From Macrostomum lignano (Eukaryota): a stretch of 64,000 nt of DNA. This document shows positions 1 through 11,680 of the stretch, piece by piece. Position 1 is the first letter of the stretch. Each line of letters begins with the position of its first letter. The stretch lies in contig NIVC01002427.1 in assembly GCA_002269645.1 (NCBI GenBank), forward strand, positions 110,893-174,892, in the 5' to 3' direction. The notes under the pieces were generated by a model. The model was not told where the DNA came from. It searched no databases and saw only the letters and a program-made list of their open reading frames with translations. The position numbers were made by a program, and so were the translations under genes.

Positions 1-544
1 ATACTTTACCAATGGCGGTGACAGGTATAATATTTTTTAAAGTCAGTTTTAGGGTCCCCACAATAAGGCTTGAATAGTTTTTCACCCCATCATCCAACAT
101 GACACGAAGAAGGTTCAAATGCATTTTAGATTAGCCCTTTCAATTCGGAATCATATATTTCAATTTCTGGCTGTGCACTCGGGTCAGGAATGGACATCTG
201 TAGTTAACGCAGCGCCAAGTGAGGACTTACCACATGCATAGCTCGTACAGTCTCGAGGAGGGCTTTTCAGCTTATTTCATGCCCCTCCGCTGGCTTTGTG
301 CCAAATCAATGGTCATCTGACCATAGAAATTCTCAGAATTCGAGGACCGCTTCGTCTTTCTGTTCTGTCCTCACAAGGTCCATGGGATAAGTATTGCCAC
401 CAAATTTATGAGGACGGGGCATAAATGTCATTTTCGGCTTGGTCTACGCATTTCCACCAGGCAAATCGAGTGGTAATATAAGGTGTGTCAGAATAGTTCC
501 AGGATTAAACTCATAAATACTAGTATAGCAGCTAAAGTCGAGCT

Positions 545-960
545 GCCCCCTTCAGAAGTAATCTTTGAGTCGAATGCACTTGTCCACCCTTCTGTGCCAC
601 GACTCCATGCAGTACTGGAAGGCTTCTTCAGGAAACCCCGAAGTTCCATCGTTATGGCTCTCCAGATGGAGTTTAAACATGTACGTCGAGAAAAAGTTCT
701 GTCGTTTGCTTGAAACTCAGTGCACATGGCACATTGCTCCGAAGAAGGAACCGATGAGTTTTTCTGCCAAAAGCTTCTCATCTTGTCCTCGCACCGAGCG
801 AAGCAGTCGCTGCAAGATCTCTTTGCTTACATGCTGATTAATGGTCTGGCATTGAGGCAGAAACTCCATATTCACCGTGCAGATTGTATCAAAGTAAACA
901 ATGAGAGCATGAGCTTCAAATTTGACTTAGTTATCCTGGTGACCTCCATTCAAGACTCTG
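545..960 (-). pseudogene. Degenerate Tc1/mariner transposase, C-terminal part
   Basis: Hand translation across frameshifts and stops gives QSLEWRSPG, KSNLKLML-IVYFD, MEFLPQCQTINQHVSKEILQRLLRSVR and PEEAFQYCMESWHRRVDKCIR. These match the characteristic mariner catalytic and C-terminal segments. The YSPDLAP segment is missing. Confidence 0.85.
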
Positions 961-1041
961 ACTATAACAGTAATGTCACCGTGTTTGAGTAGCCTCCATA
1001 TTTGCCCGCTCTGGCGATCCATGCGCGATTTTTTATTCCAG

Positions 1042-2278
1042 AAACTCAAGGAGGTAGTCAAAGAACTCAAGGAGGTAGTCAAAGAATTCAAGGAGGTAGT
1101 CAAAAAACTCAAGGAGGTAGTCAAAGAACTCAAGGAGGTAGTCAAAGAACTCAAGGAGGAAGTCAAAGAATTCAAGGAGGTAGTCAAAAAACTCAAGGAG
1201 GTAGTCAAAGAACTCAAGGAGGTAGTCAAAGAATTCAAGGAGGTAGTCAAAGAATTCAAGGAGGTAGTCAAAAAACTCAAGGAGGTAGTCAAAGAATTCA
1301 AGGAGGTAGTCAAAAAACTCAAGGAGGTAGTCAAAAAACTCAAGGAGGTAGTCAAAGAATTCAAGGAGGTAGTCAAAGAATTCAAGGAGGTAGTCAAAGA
1401 ACTCAAGGAGGTAGTCAAAGAACTCAAGGAGGTAGTCAAAGAATTCAAGGAGGTAGTCAAAAAACTCAAGGAGGTAGTCAAAGAACTCAAGGAGGTAGTC
1501 AAAGAATTCAAGGAGGTAGTCAAAAAACTCAAGGAGGTAGTCAAAGAACTCAAGGAGGTAGTCAAAAAACTCAAGGAGGTAGTCAAAAAACTGAAGGAGG
1601 TAGTCAAAGAATTCAAGGAGGTAGTCAAAAAACTCAAGGAGGTAGTCAAAGAACTCAAGGAGGTAGTCAAAGAATTCAAGGAGGTAGTCAAAGAATTCAA
1701 GGAGGTAGTCAAAGAATTCAAGGAGGTAGTCAAAGAACTCAAGGAGGTAGTCAAAGAACTCAAGGAGGTAGTCAAAGAACTCAAGGAGGTAGTCAAAAAA
1801 CTCAAGGAGGTAGTCAAAAAACTCAAGGAGGTAGTCAAAGAACTCAAGGAGGTAGTCAAAGAACTCAAGGAGGTAGTCAAAGAATTCAAGGAGGTAGTCA
1901 AAAAACTCAAGGAGGTAGTCAAAGAACTCAAGGAGGTAGTCAAAGAACTCAAGGAGGTAGTCAAAGAATTCAAGGAGGTAGTCAAAGAACTCAAGGAGGT
2001 AGTCAAAGAACTCAAGGAGGTAGTCAAAGAATTCAAGGAGGTAGTCAAAGAACTCAAGGAGGTAGTCAAAGAACTCAAGGAGGTAGTCAAAGAACTCAAG
2101 GAGGTAGTCAAAGAACTCAAGGAGGTAGTCAAAGAACTCAAGGAGGTAGTCAAAGAACTCAAGGAGGTAGTCAAAGAACTCAAGGAGGTAGTCAAAGAAC
2201 TCAAGGAGGTAGTCAAAGAACTCAAGGAGGTAGTCAAAGAACTGAAGGAGGTAGTCAAAGAACTCAAGGAGTTAGTCA
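1042..2278. repeat. 21-bp minisatellite (AAAGAACTCAAGGAGGTAGTC)n, about 58 copies
   Basis: Direct reading. It explains ORFs 927-2279, 973-2292 and 1002-2423. Confidence 0.98.
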
Positions 2279-2785
2279 TGCAGTATTCCTAGAAAATACT
2301 GCATGGAGGCGTGGCACAGAAGGGTGGACAAGTGCATTCGACCCAAGGGAAAGGTCAGCTCAGGTTCTGCTTAACTTTTTCTGCTACAATTTTTTTTTGA
2401 GTTCAATCCTGGAACTTTCCTGACATCTCGTGCATGTATATTGCACGCCTTGGCGTTTCAGTTCGTTTCAGTCCTCTGCATCACTATCTGTGACATGTCC
2501 AAAGAAATCCAATGTACTGAGCATGCGAAACGAGTATTGAAGAAAATTTCTAAAGCATTTGTAACCAAATTTCTGAGGCTATACTGCTGCGAAACGCGGC
2601 GCTACTGAAGTGGACACCCAGCTGCTGCAGAGAAGAAAACTGGATTGGACAGCCTCCCATTGGCTGCGACGATCTTGAAATATCGCTGCAGAAATACAAC
2701 AGAGCTAACTTTCCTCATAAGAAGAACGACTACCTTGCAGTTATTAATCAGATTGTCAACTTGCAAAGAAACTGTCATACTATCA

Positions 2786-3481
2786 ATGCAGCTGGTCCGT
2801 CTGACTCTCTGCGCCTGTCTGGCCGTCGTTGTCTCTGGCGCCTGCGTCGCTCCGTTCATCGACAGGCTGGGCAGCTGCGTCTTCATCGGCGAAAACTCCA
2901 GCGTTTCCAGCTGGTGCGACGCAGCCAGACTGTGCCTGGGCATCGGCGGAGAGCTGCTGATGGACCTGACTGCCATTCGAGCTGTCAACCGCTGGATCGA
3001 TGTTTACTACATCGGAGTGACGGACCTCCTGGTTGAGTCGGGCACGTCTCGAAGCGGCTGGAGATTCGCCAACGGCTCGCTGTTTCCAACGTTGGATAAC
3101 AGCGACTGGGTGTCTGGCTTGCCAAACAGCCTAACGGAAGACGATGACTTTGTAGGGGTCAGCAAAGCTGGCTTGCGAGACAGACCCGGCAAACATGACA
3201 AAAAATTCGTCTGCCAGCCAATCGCGACGCCGAACAGCAAGTACCTGGAGCGAGCGGAGTTCCTGAGGCTGGGCAACATCAGTCCTGTCTACTGCTACAC
3301 TGACGCCTCGGTGAGCTCGGAGCTTCACTGCCTGTGGCTCTGCGTGCAGCGCTGGGAGTGCCGGGCCGTCCTGTTCAACCGGGCCAGCGGCGCCTGCCGC
3401 ATGCTGGACTTCGCTGACTCGAGCGTCGGCGACGCCATCGAGACCGACCCGAGCTGGGCCAAGTTCGTCAAGGTGTACTAA
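2786..3481 (+). CDS. Secreted C-type lectin domain + PAN/Apple domain protein, copy 1 (231 aa, intronless)
   Basis: ATG at 2786 is followed by the signal peptide MQLVRLTLCACLAVVVSGA. CTLD motifs: SW-DA--LC---GGEL, YIG, WRF-NGS, W-SGLPN, FVCQ. PAN motif: S-LHC-WLC-----C-AVLFN---G-C. Confidence 0.85.
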   Translation: MQLVRLTLCACLAVVVSGACVAPFIDRLGSCVFIGENSSVSSWCDAARLCLGIGGELLMDLTAIRAVNRWIDVYYIGVTDLLVESGTSRSGWRFANGSLFPTLDNSDWVSGLPNSLTEDDDFVGVSKAGLRDRPGKHDKKFVCQPIATPNSKYLERAEFLRLGNISPVYCYTDASVSSELHCLWLCVQRWECRAVLFNRASGACRMLDFADSSVGDAIETDPSWAKFVKVY

Positions 3482-4869
3482 TGGCATTATATCAATGCGT
3501 ATACATGCGCTAAGCTGCACAAGCGTAGTGAGCCCGATTTTTCATGCAGTCAAACTCTGCTTATTTTGCCTTTGAAGAAATCTGTCCGTTATGAAACTAC
3601 ATGTATGACGACTCGGTTGATGCTGGTTTTAATTGCAAGGCAAAGTGAACAAGCTGACCTTTTTTGAGCCGCTCTAAGTAAAAGCATGCAGTAGAGCCTT
3701 GGCAAACTACCGGTAACTGATGTGTTTGCCTCTACTTTCAAACCAAAATTCTGTACTTTTCACTCAAACTCACCTGACTTGCTTTTGTCGAAAGTTTTCT
3801 CGTGACTAAACCGACAAATTCTGAATTCTTTGTTGGATTAATAATTCATTTTGTCCCGGCTTTTTAGCGACTCTGCTCTTCTCTCATCCTATCCTTACGG
3901 CCTGCCGGCTCAGCTCTCTAATTGGATCGGCTGAAGTTTGTAGGCAGGTACCATTGGCGACAAAAGCTCCTCATCTATATTTTTTGAGTCTGAGTAATGC
4001 TAAGTTCATGTTTTCCGGCTTTCCCATGTTGATTTTCAATTTGATGCTGTTGGAAAAGATCTGCTGCTAGCTAACTAGGTGCGTAGGCTGCAAATGAAGA
4101 GGCAACTCACGTGCTGATGGCTTAGACTGAATACTTTTTGCACTATACGCATTGGGCAAACGGAGAAGTGCTCAATGGCTTCCAGAGAGGTGAAAGATAG
4201 AAGAGCGTCAATGATGCTGTAATGAAGCAGTGTATTTTTGCTCGTCATTTCTGATATCAAAAATAATTGTCGAAAAAATAATCCAAGAGTTGATTTAAAA
4301 AGAAATGTTAGTAACTACATAAAAATTAAATGGGAATTTTGTCGCGTATATTTGTCTCACAGTTGCATGCTCATCAAGTTACGTAACGCAACGAATGAGT
4401 TTATTGAATCTTTTTCGCTTTTAAGTATAGCTATAGTTAAGCGCTTTGGAAAGTGCATATGACGAATTTAAATGAGAAATTTTAAACTTCATCGGTAAAG
4501 CTTCATCGATGTGCATTTGCACGTACGTATAGAAGCAAAAATAACAACGCTGTGTTATTTTTGGCGGCGCACTACTCGTTCGTGAATGATGCGGGCTGCC
4601 AGCCATGGAGTCAGCGACCAAAGCTGGCGCGGCAGCCTCTTGAGATGTAAGTTTTTAGTGTTCAGAGACAATAAAGTCTTGGCGTCTCGCAGCAGGCCTA
4701 TAAGGACGACTAAAGTAACATATCTACTTTAGTAGTCCTTGAGCAGGCCGCGGCGCGTGGTAGCTTGCATGACCCGCCTTAGAAGAACGTCACAAATGAA
4801 GCAGACTTCTGGGATAGGAGCTCCAATTTTGTAGGAGTCTTTATGACGTATTTACCGAAAGGTTGTTAA

Positions 4870-4950
4870 GGGCAGAACAGCTCAGCGGTAGACGCCACGA
4901 GCCCTGGTATAGGCTCGATTCTGTGCGTGGCCACATTCAATTGGGGCTTG
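4870..4950 (+). mobile_element. Degenerate tRNA-derived SINE head
   Basis: GGGCAGAACAGCTCAGCGGTAGA (A-box-like) ... GGCTCGATT ... TTGGGGCTTG. It matches the reverse complement of 30960-31058. Confidence 0.5.
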
Positions 4951-7900
4951 AAGCTCGAAAATCGTCTTATCAGTCTTTCAGCACATATCCGGTAGTTTTT
5001 AGTTATTGTATCAATACATGCATGTACTTCAACTTATATTTCCATACTTAACTTCATCCGCATTTCGCACAGAATCAATTGTCAGTTTAATTTTGCTGCA
5101 GATAAAAAATCTGTCAATATAGACCCATCAGCGCCAGTCAGAAAGTACGTCACAAGATTAGTACATGTAGATCGATCTCAATTAAACTCGAAGACAATAT
5201 CTTTAGAAGCTTTGAAGAAAAAAGATATGGCCGGGTTTACATGTATCTTTTCGTGATGCTGTGGAGATTGTATGAAGAGAAGTTGCAAGCTGAAGAGCGC
5301 ACGGTCTGGTGATGGCCGATGTTACCAACGCACTCCAGCTGAGACATATTTATCTGAACAGATACATGCATTTATTGATGCAGGAGTGCCACGACGTTCG
5401 ATAAATGATTGACACTATCTGCTACCTACATGATGTAGGCTTTCTTCATTTCACTTAACTGATACAGATAGTTTTATAAGTTTTGATAAAAGAAAACTAA
5501 ATATAATTTTTAATGAGCTGTTACTTGAATATTTAAAAGCATATCCTGTGCCTTTAAGCATACCTGAAAGCATGCACTTAGCTCCGGTGTTATTTAACTC
5601 GTTTTTATTCGTTAAATGTAACATTTGATTGTCCTTTTTCTACAAACTTGGCCGTCAAATGTCGATGATGAATCGGTGTATTTCGGTTGTGTAGAAAAAG
5701 CTGCTCATTTAAACCCATAAGCGACTGCTATCCGTCGGCTTTAATTACCCTTGTGTGATCTTATGTATCGCACATTTACATTGGCTGGTAGAATTCACAT
5801 TAATACTTCTGTCCAGCACTGAGTGCAGACGTTTTCGTCTAACTCTAGTCTCTGACTAACTGTTTGTTGCGAATCCCAACCGAAGGTCAAATTTCATTTT
5901 CATGCTGTATTTTTGAACAAATTGGGCGATATTTTGCTAAATAAAACTTAATTCGCATTTGCGATATTGCACCTGTTATAGTGTAAATTTCAGAGTACAA
6001 TTTCAGATGCTAATTGACTAAGCCTATTTGGCTATTTGCATTGCAAAAAGATGTCAAAAACCCAGAAAGATAGGCCCTAGATTTTTGGTTAGGCTTAGTC
6101 TTAGTTTTTACTTTTTTAGGGTAACAATCCACTGCTCCAAGTAATTTTGATTTAGTCTAAATAGGGTCTGATAGTTAACTAGCAGCAATGGCAGCTGTCA
6201 AAGACTCATTGTCAAACTTAAAATTTTATTAGACTTGGCCTATGGCTAGGCCTATGATGAGTCTAAGACTAAGTTAAATTTATTTTAATTAACTATAAAT
6301 TTATTTGAATTTTGTAGCTTATGGTACATAGAATGAAACTGCATCACCTTTGGCACATGGTGCATGAATTTAGACTCTAGATGAAATATATCCCATGCCA
6401 TGGCCATATATACATTAGAAAGTTCTAGCATATAGGCCTAGAGAGACCTAGAATACACATTGGCATAGAACCAAGGGCCTTGCAAGGGGCCTATACTAGG
6501 GGCCTAGCATTCTCTCTTGGCCTTGGCATATAGCTTGGTATACAGTACAGAGATTGCTTAGATAGCACTATCATAGCAAGTAGGACCAAGGTCTTAGTGC
6601 CAACCAATAATAACAATTACGTAGTTAGCATATAAAAAATGACTAAGTTTAAGTTTAGGGGAGGCCTTAGTCTATATATACATTGTTTGACTTTGAGTAA
6701 CTAAATTTTGATCAAAAAGATTATTTCCCAAATATTAACAAAAAACTAAATTAAAAAATTATATTCAACTTTTCTAAAAAATTAAAAGTAGGGGCCTAGG
6801 CCTAAAACCAAAAATTTAAAAAATAAAACTAGTTTTCTAGCTTAGTAGAATACTAATAAGTTTCTATTTATCTATTTTTACAAATATTAATATAATCACA
6901 AGCTTTAAATAAAGTTTGCCATTAGGCTTAGGCTAGGCTATCCCTACTCATAAATCTTATATATATGTAGTAGCGGTACCTTATTTCTAGGAAATATTGT
7001 TTTTAAACTAGCGCAAAAATTAATATTCTTTTGTTATAATACGCAAAATATTCTCAAATTGTAAAAATTTGTTTTAAATATACGTGATTGACTAGTATAA
7101 ACAGGAGAGAGCCAAAGGGATGGAAGGATAACTCGTTTGCTAGCTATAAGCTCAAAACGTGTTCAATAAATCTTTCTCAGATCATTGTTCATTTCTAAGA
7201 GTATTGTGAAAAAGGTTGAAAGTTGTACTTAGGATTCATGCAAAGAGTAGTACTAAGAGTAATCGCTGTGACCCTCTAATCTCAGTAATGCCCAGACTGG
7301 AGAGAGAGAGTACATATACCAGTAAGACCACTCAGGCCATATACTAAGAATGCTACCAGACCATATACTAAGAACGCTACCAGACCATATACTGGTGCTA
7401 TCAGAACACTACGAGAATGCTACCCAGAAATATATTCTAAGAAACAGTTAGAAATACTAAGGCAGAATTTAGATTTGTCAGCAGTAGAAATTTCAATAAG
7501 AAGAAAAACCCCTGTCACAGCTGGTGGCTTAATGGTGGGATTTTGTATCGTATAGGAAACATGCCTGTCATAGCTGGTCCCTATTGGAATAAGTTTTCAG
7601 ACACTGTGGACAGTGCATCTAGTGCGCCATGGCAATCATAAAGTGGCCTGGACGGTGCGTCATGACAATCTTCAAATCCTAAGGTGGTATGGACGATGTG
7701 TCATTCAAATCTTCAAATCCTAGGGTGCCATAGCACTCTAGGTTTAGGTGATATTGTGCATGACTCCAGTCTCTATCATGTTCATTCTGATGATGCATCA
7801 CTCATTTTTGAGAGATTTAAAGAGATTGAGAGAAAGTTGTGTGTTTTACCGCACTTGTGTTTTACTGCACTCTGTTCTGTACTGTACTTCTGCCCCCTTC

Positions 7901-9519
7901 TGTTGTAGTTGTATCTATTTCTTAATTCTTAGTCTACTCGTCTTTTGACTTACAAAGTTACATTGTTGGTCTATTCAAAGAAAAATAAATAATGTAAATA
8001 GTGTGGCAATTGCATCAGTGAGTACTTAAAATAATTACGAACACTGAAACCCTTTACTTCAATTTGGCTAATCGGTTAATACAAAATGAAGAAACTCCGT
8101 GATGAACAACACAGAGTTCACGAACAAACAAAATTGTCTTTGCCTTATCCACACACTTTTTCAGTAGTAGTTGTAGCACTTTGGCTCGGGTCGGGTTATC
8201 AAATCTGATAACTATTTAGCATGGTGTTTCGAAGAATATTTTCACATTTAAATGTCAGCATAAATAAATGTACGCGCAACTAATCAAAAAGATAATTAAA
8301 CAAAGCAGAAAATTTGTTGAGACTTTTAATAGAATTTAGTTTACTTTTTTATTTCTTGCAACTGCGTTATAAGAGAACATTAAGAGCAATTAGCATTTGG
8401 CACTATGTTATAATGTTTATGAGGCAATAAAGAACATTTCTGCTGCGATCTTTCAACTACAATTTCCAATTTTACGATTAACTTGCATGCATATTCTAGA
8501 TGACACAGCAATCAATACATATGATAGGAGATATGCTATACTATAGCCCATAGCAATATTATCAAAGTTATAGAAATTAGAAAAACAAGTTTTACTTACA
8601 GTTTGCTGAATTTCCACCGTGCTGCTGACTTTCTCCTGTGCATGCTTCTCATCCTTGTTCAGCAGCGCTGTATGTAGCGCGTGATGTCCTCCTTGCATCT
8701 TACCTGTGAGCTGCTGTGCGTCATGGCGCATGGCGCGCGTAGCGCGCCATGCGCCATGACTATGAGGAAAAAGAAAAAGTGCGCCGGACGCCGTCCGCGA
8801 AAATACCACTTATTCCAATAGGGCAGCTGGTGGCATTTAGTAGGATTAAAATTGACAAAGTAGGAGGCAAAAGCCCTGTCAAAACTTTGGTGGCAGCTCA
8901 TAGGATATTTAATAAGCACTAGCATCAACAGTTAGGAGTTTAGAAAGACAGAGCCAAAAGGCCTGTCACATATATACTAAAAAATTTTGGTATACAACAG
9001 ATAAGACATTTTTTTGGCAGTATCTAAGTATCTAGTATATAGAAAAATCTACTAGAAAATTTAGCCACAGAGCTGGCATATGGTGTAGCTATTGGCATAG
9101 TATAGGCCTACAAAAGACGCTTGTAAAATGTTGTAATGCTAGAAAGGGTCCTGTAGTCCTATATTGTTGCGATGTAAAAAATGTCCTTTATTGTTGCAAC
9201 ACCTTTTTGATAACATCTGGCATATATATCATGAGTAAATTTGTATTTCTAGATCATTATTTGTTTTTTTCTAAATTTTTAAGTAATAACATGTAGGATC
9301 TAACAAAATACTCTATATTATAAACACAAAAACTGCTCAAACTCATCTAGAAATAATTGAAATTGATATCATGATAACTAATGAAATGCTTAGCTAACAA
9401 GGCAAAACCACTATAGCAATATTTGAGAGAAGTTTTAAACTACTGCATTTATATTTGTAGTAATAAAATAGTTGTTTTATATAGATAATTATAGCCAACA
9501 CAGACACTTATTTTACTAT

Positions 9520-11680
9520 GTATTGGTTTCCCAACAGACATTCAGACAGACATTCAGAAATCGTTCATTAAATGTTTAACAAAATTGTCTATTTATTACG
9601 CAAGATACTGTGTATTTATAGAAACTTTTACACATGTCTCTGCTTTAAAAAGACATCTTAGACACACACAAAGACGCTTCACAAGCTGAGATATTCCCTA
9701 GCAACTGTTGTTACGATGTTTCCCAATATTACCGAATACATATTTATAGTTCAGCCTAGACATCACTGATCACTGATCAAGCCTTGACAATGGGCAAACC
9801 TCAACCGCAGGGCATTCTCAGCTAGTCTCTTGAGCATTCAGTCATCACCTGGATGCCGTCAGCACCTTCAATGGATTACACCAGCTGACTATGGACACTC
9901 TGATGCAAATATGCCAGATTTTTCTTATCAAGCTTCAATAATGGGAAAAACTTAACTGCCAGACATTCTCAGCTAGAATCTCGAGCCTTCAGTCACCACC
10001 CCAATGCCCTCGGGACCTTCAACAGGTGGCACCAGGTGACTATGGACATCCTGATACAAATTTCTCTAGTTTTGCTATTCAAACCTTTACAGTGCAGGCA
10101 AGCCTCAACTGCTAGGTATCCTCAGCTGGTCTCCCAAGCATTTAGTCATCACCCCGATGCCATCGGCATCTTCAACAGATGACACCAGGTGACTGTGACC
10201 ATCCTGATGCAAATTTCTCGAGTTTCGCCAATCAAGCCTCAACAGGGAGCAAGCCTTAACTTTTGGACATCCTCAGCTAGTCTCTCTAGCATTCTGTCAC
10301 CACTCCGACACCATTGGCACCTTCAACAGGTGGCATCAGATGACTATGGACATCGTTTTGCAACAATGTCAGGTTTTTCTTATCAAGCTTCAATAATGCG
10401 CAATCTGTAACTCCAGTTTATTCTCAGCTAGAGTCCCAGACGTAATTATGTAAACATGATGAGGTAATTTGTTAAATAAACTAAATTGAAAAGAATATTC
10501 ACAAAAAGAAGAAAGCACTAAAAATTACCAAATTTTCCGTGTGGAATGAAGATAAAGTCACAATATACTAAATATCCAAGTCTTCTGTCTTAAAAGTTAC
10601 TATTTGTTTAAAAATAAAAAATCATACTTCTGGGTGTCCATGGTCATGGTTTTGTCTCCTTGAAGGTGCCAATGATGGCAGAATGACGACAGAATGCTTG
10701 AGAAACTAGTTAAGGATGCCTAGCAGTTGAGGTTTGCCAATTATTGAAGCTTGATAAAAAATCTAGCATATTTGCATCACAGTGTCCATAGTCAGCTGGT
10801 GTAATCCGTTGAAGTTGCCGACGGCGTCTGGGTGATGACTAAATTCTCGAGAGACTAGCTGAGGATGTCCAGCAGTTGAGGCTTGCCCACTCTGTTGAGG
10901 CTTGATCAGCAAAACTAGCTGAGAAATTTGAACAGCGTGTCCATATACATGTAGACACCTGTTGCAACTTGTTGAAGGTCCAGAAGCTCTGCCTGGGTGA
11001 AGGCTAGTGACCAACAAAGTCAAATAAATCTGATGCCGACACATGTGGTCGACGTGCTGATGAAATTTGGAGACTTGGCAAGGCTGCACTGAGGCGCAGT
11101 GCTTATTGGCGCACAGGGTGTAATACACTAGCGCTTATGGGAAAAATCTGACCATCTGCAGGCAGAATCATCAAATATCTCGACAGTCCAGAGGGCTGGC
11201 GACAACTTGATTCTTGTTCGAGGTGCGTAGCAAAAAGTAAGCACGTGTTCTTGAATTTCGTGCGCCCGCGTTGCTCCATGTCGGCGCAGAAAAAATTATG
11301 TCAGGGGTAGGGGATTCCTTGTTCTACTATTAATAATAGAACAGTAATATTATTATATAGTAATAAAAGGAATACACTAATACCATTGTAATAATCTTAT
11401 TATCATTATTAATAGTAATAATTTCAATAATAGTATTAATAATATTGTAATAATAATACATTCAGTATTTTTAGAAAATGTCGTAACAACATTTGCTAGG
11501 GAATATCTCAGCTTGTAAAGCGTCTTTGTGTGTGTCTGAGGTGTCTTTTTAAAGCAGAGACATGTGTAAAAGTTTCTATAAATTCACAGTATCTTGCGTA
11601 ATAAATAGACAATTTTGTTAAACATTTACTGAACAATTTCTGAATGTCTGTCTGAATGTCTGTCGGGAAACCAATACATC
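9520..11680. mobile_element. Foldback-like element: about 200-bp inverted termini enclosing diverged 150-bp repeats
   Basis: 9520-9716 is the near reverse complement of 11481-11678. About four 150-bp units lie at 9780-10440 and inverted units at 10630-10960. Confidence 0.55.

Larger units (their letters stand above)
477..2432. mobile_element. Non-autonomous mariner-derived element with inverted ends and a central 21-bp tandem array
   Basis: Left end TATAAGGTGTGTCAGAATAGTTCCAGGATT (477-) and right end GAGTTCAATCCTGGAACTTTCCTGACATCTCG (2399-2430) are imperfect inverted repeats resembling mariner TIRs. Mariner transposase remnants lie inside. Confidence 0.75.

Noticed and set aside
260-440. FMPRPHKFG resemblance to a piggyBac motif on the minus strand
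   Set aside because: Too short, interrupted by stops, and unsupported by other motifs.
927-2423. Ser/Thr mucin-like and Gln/Gly-rich ORFs
   Set aside because: Alternative frames of the 21-bp array, with no unique domains.
2645-2785. N-terminal extension of lectin copy 1 in the ORF track
   Set aside because: The paralogs start at the signal peptide, so ATG 2786 fits better.
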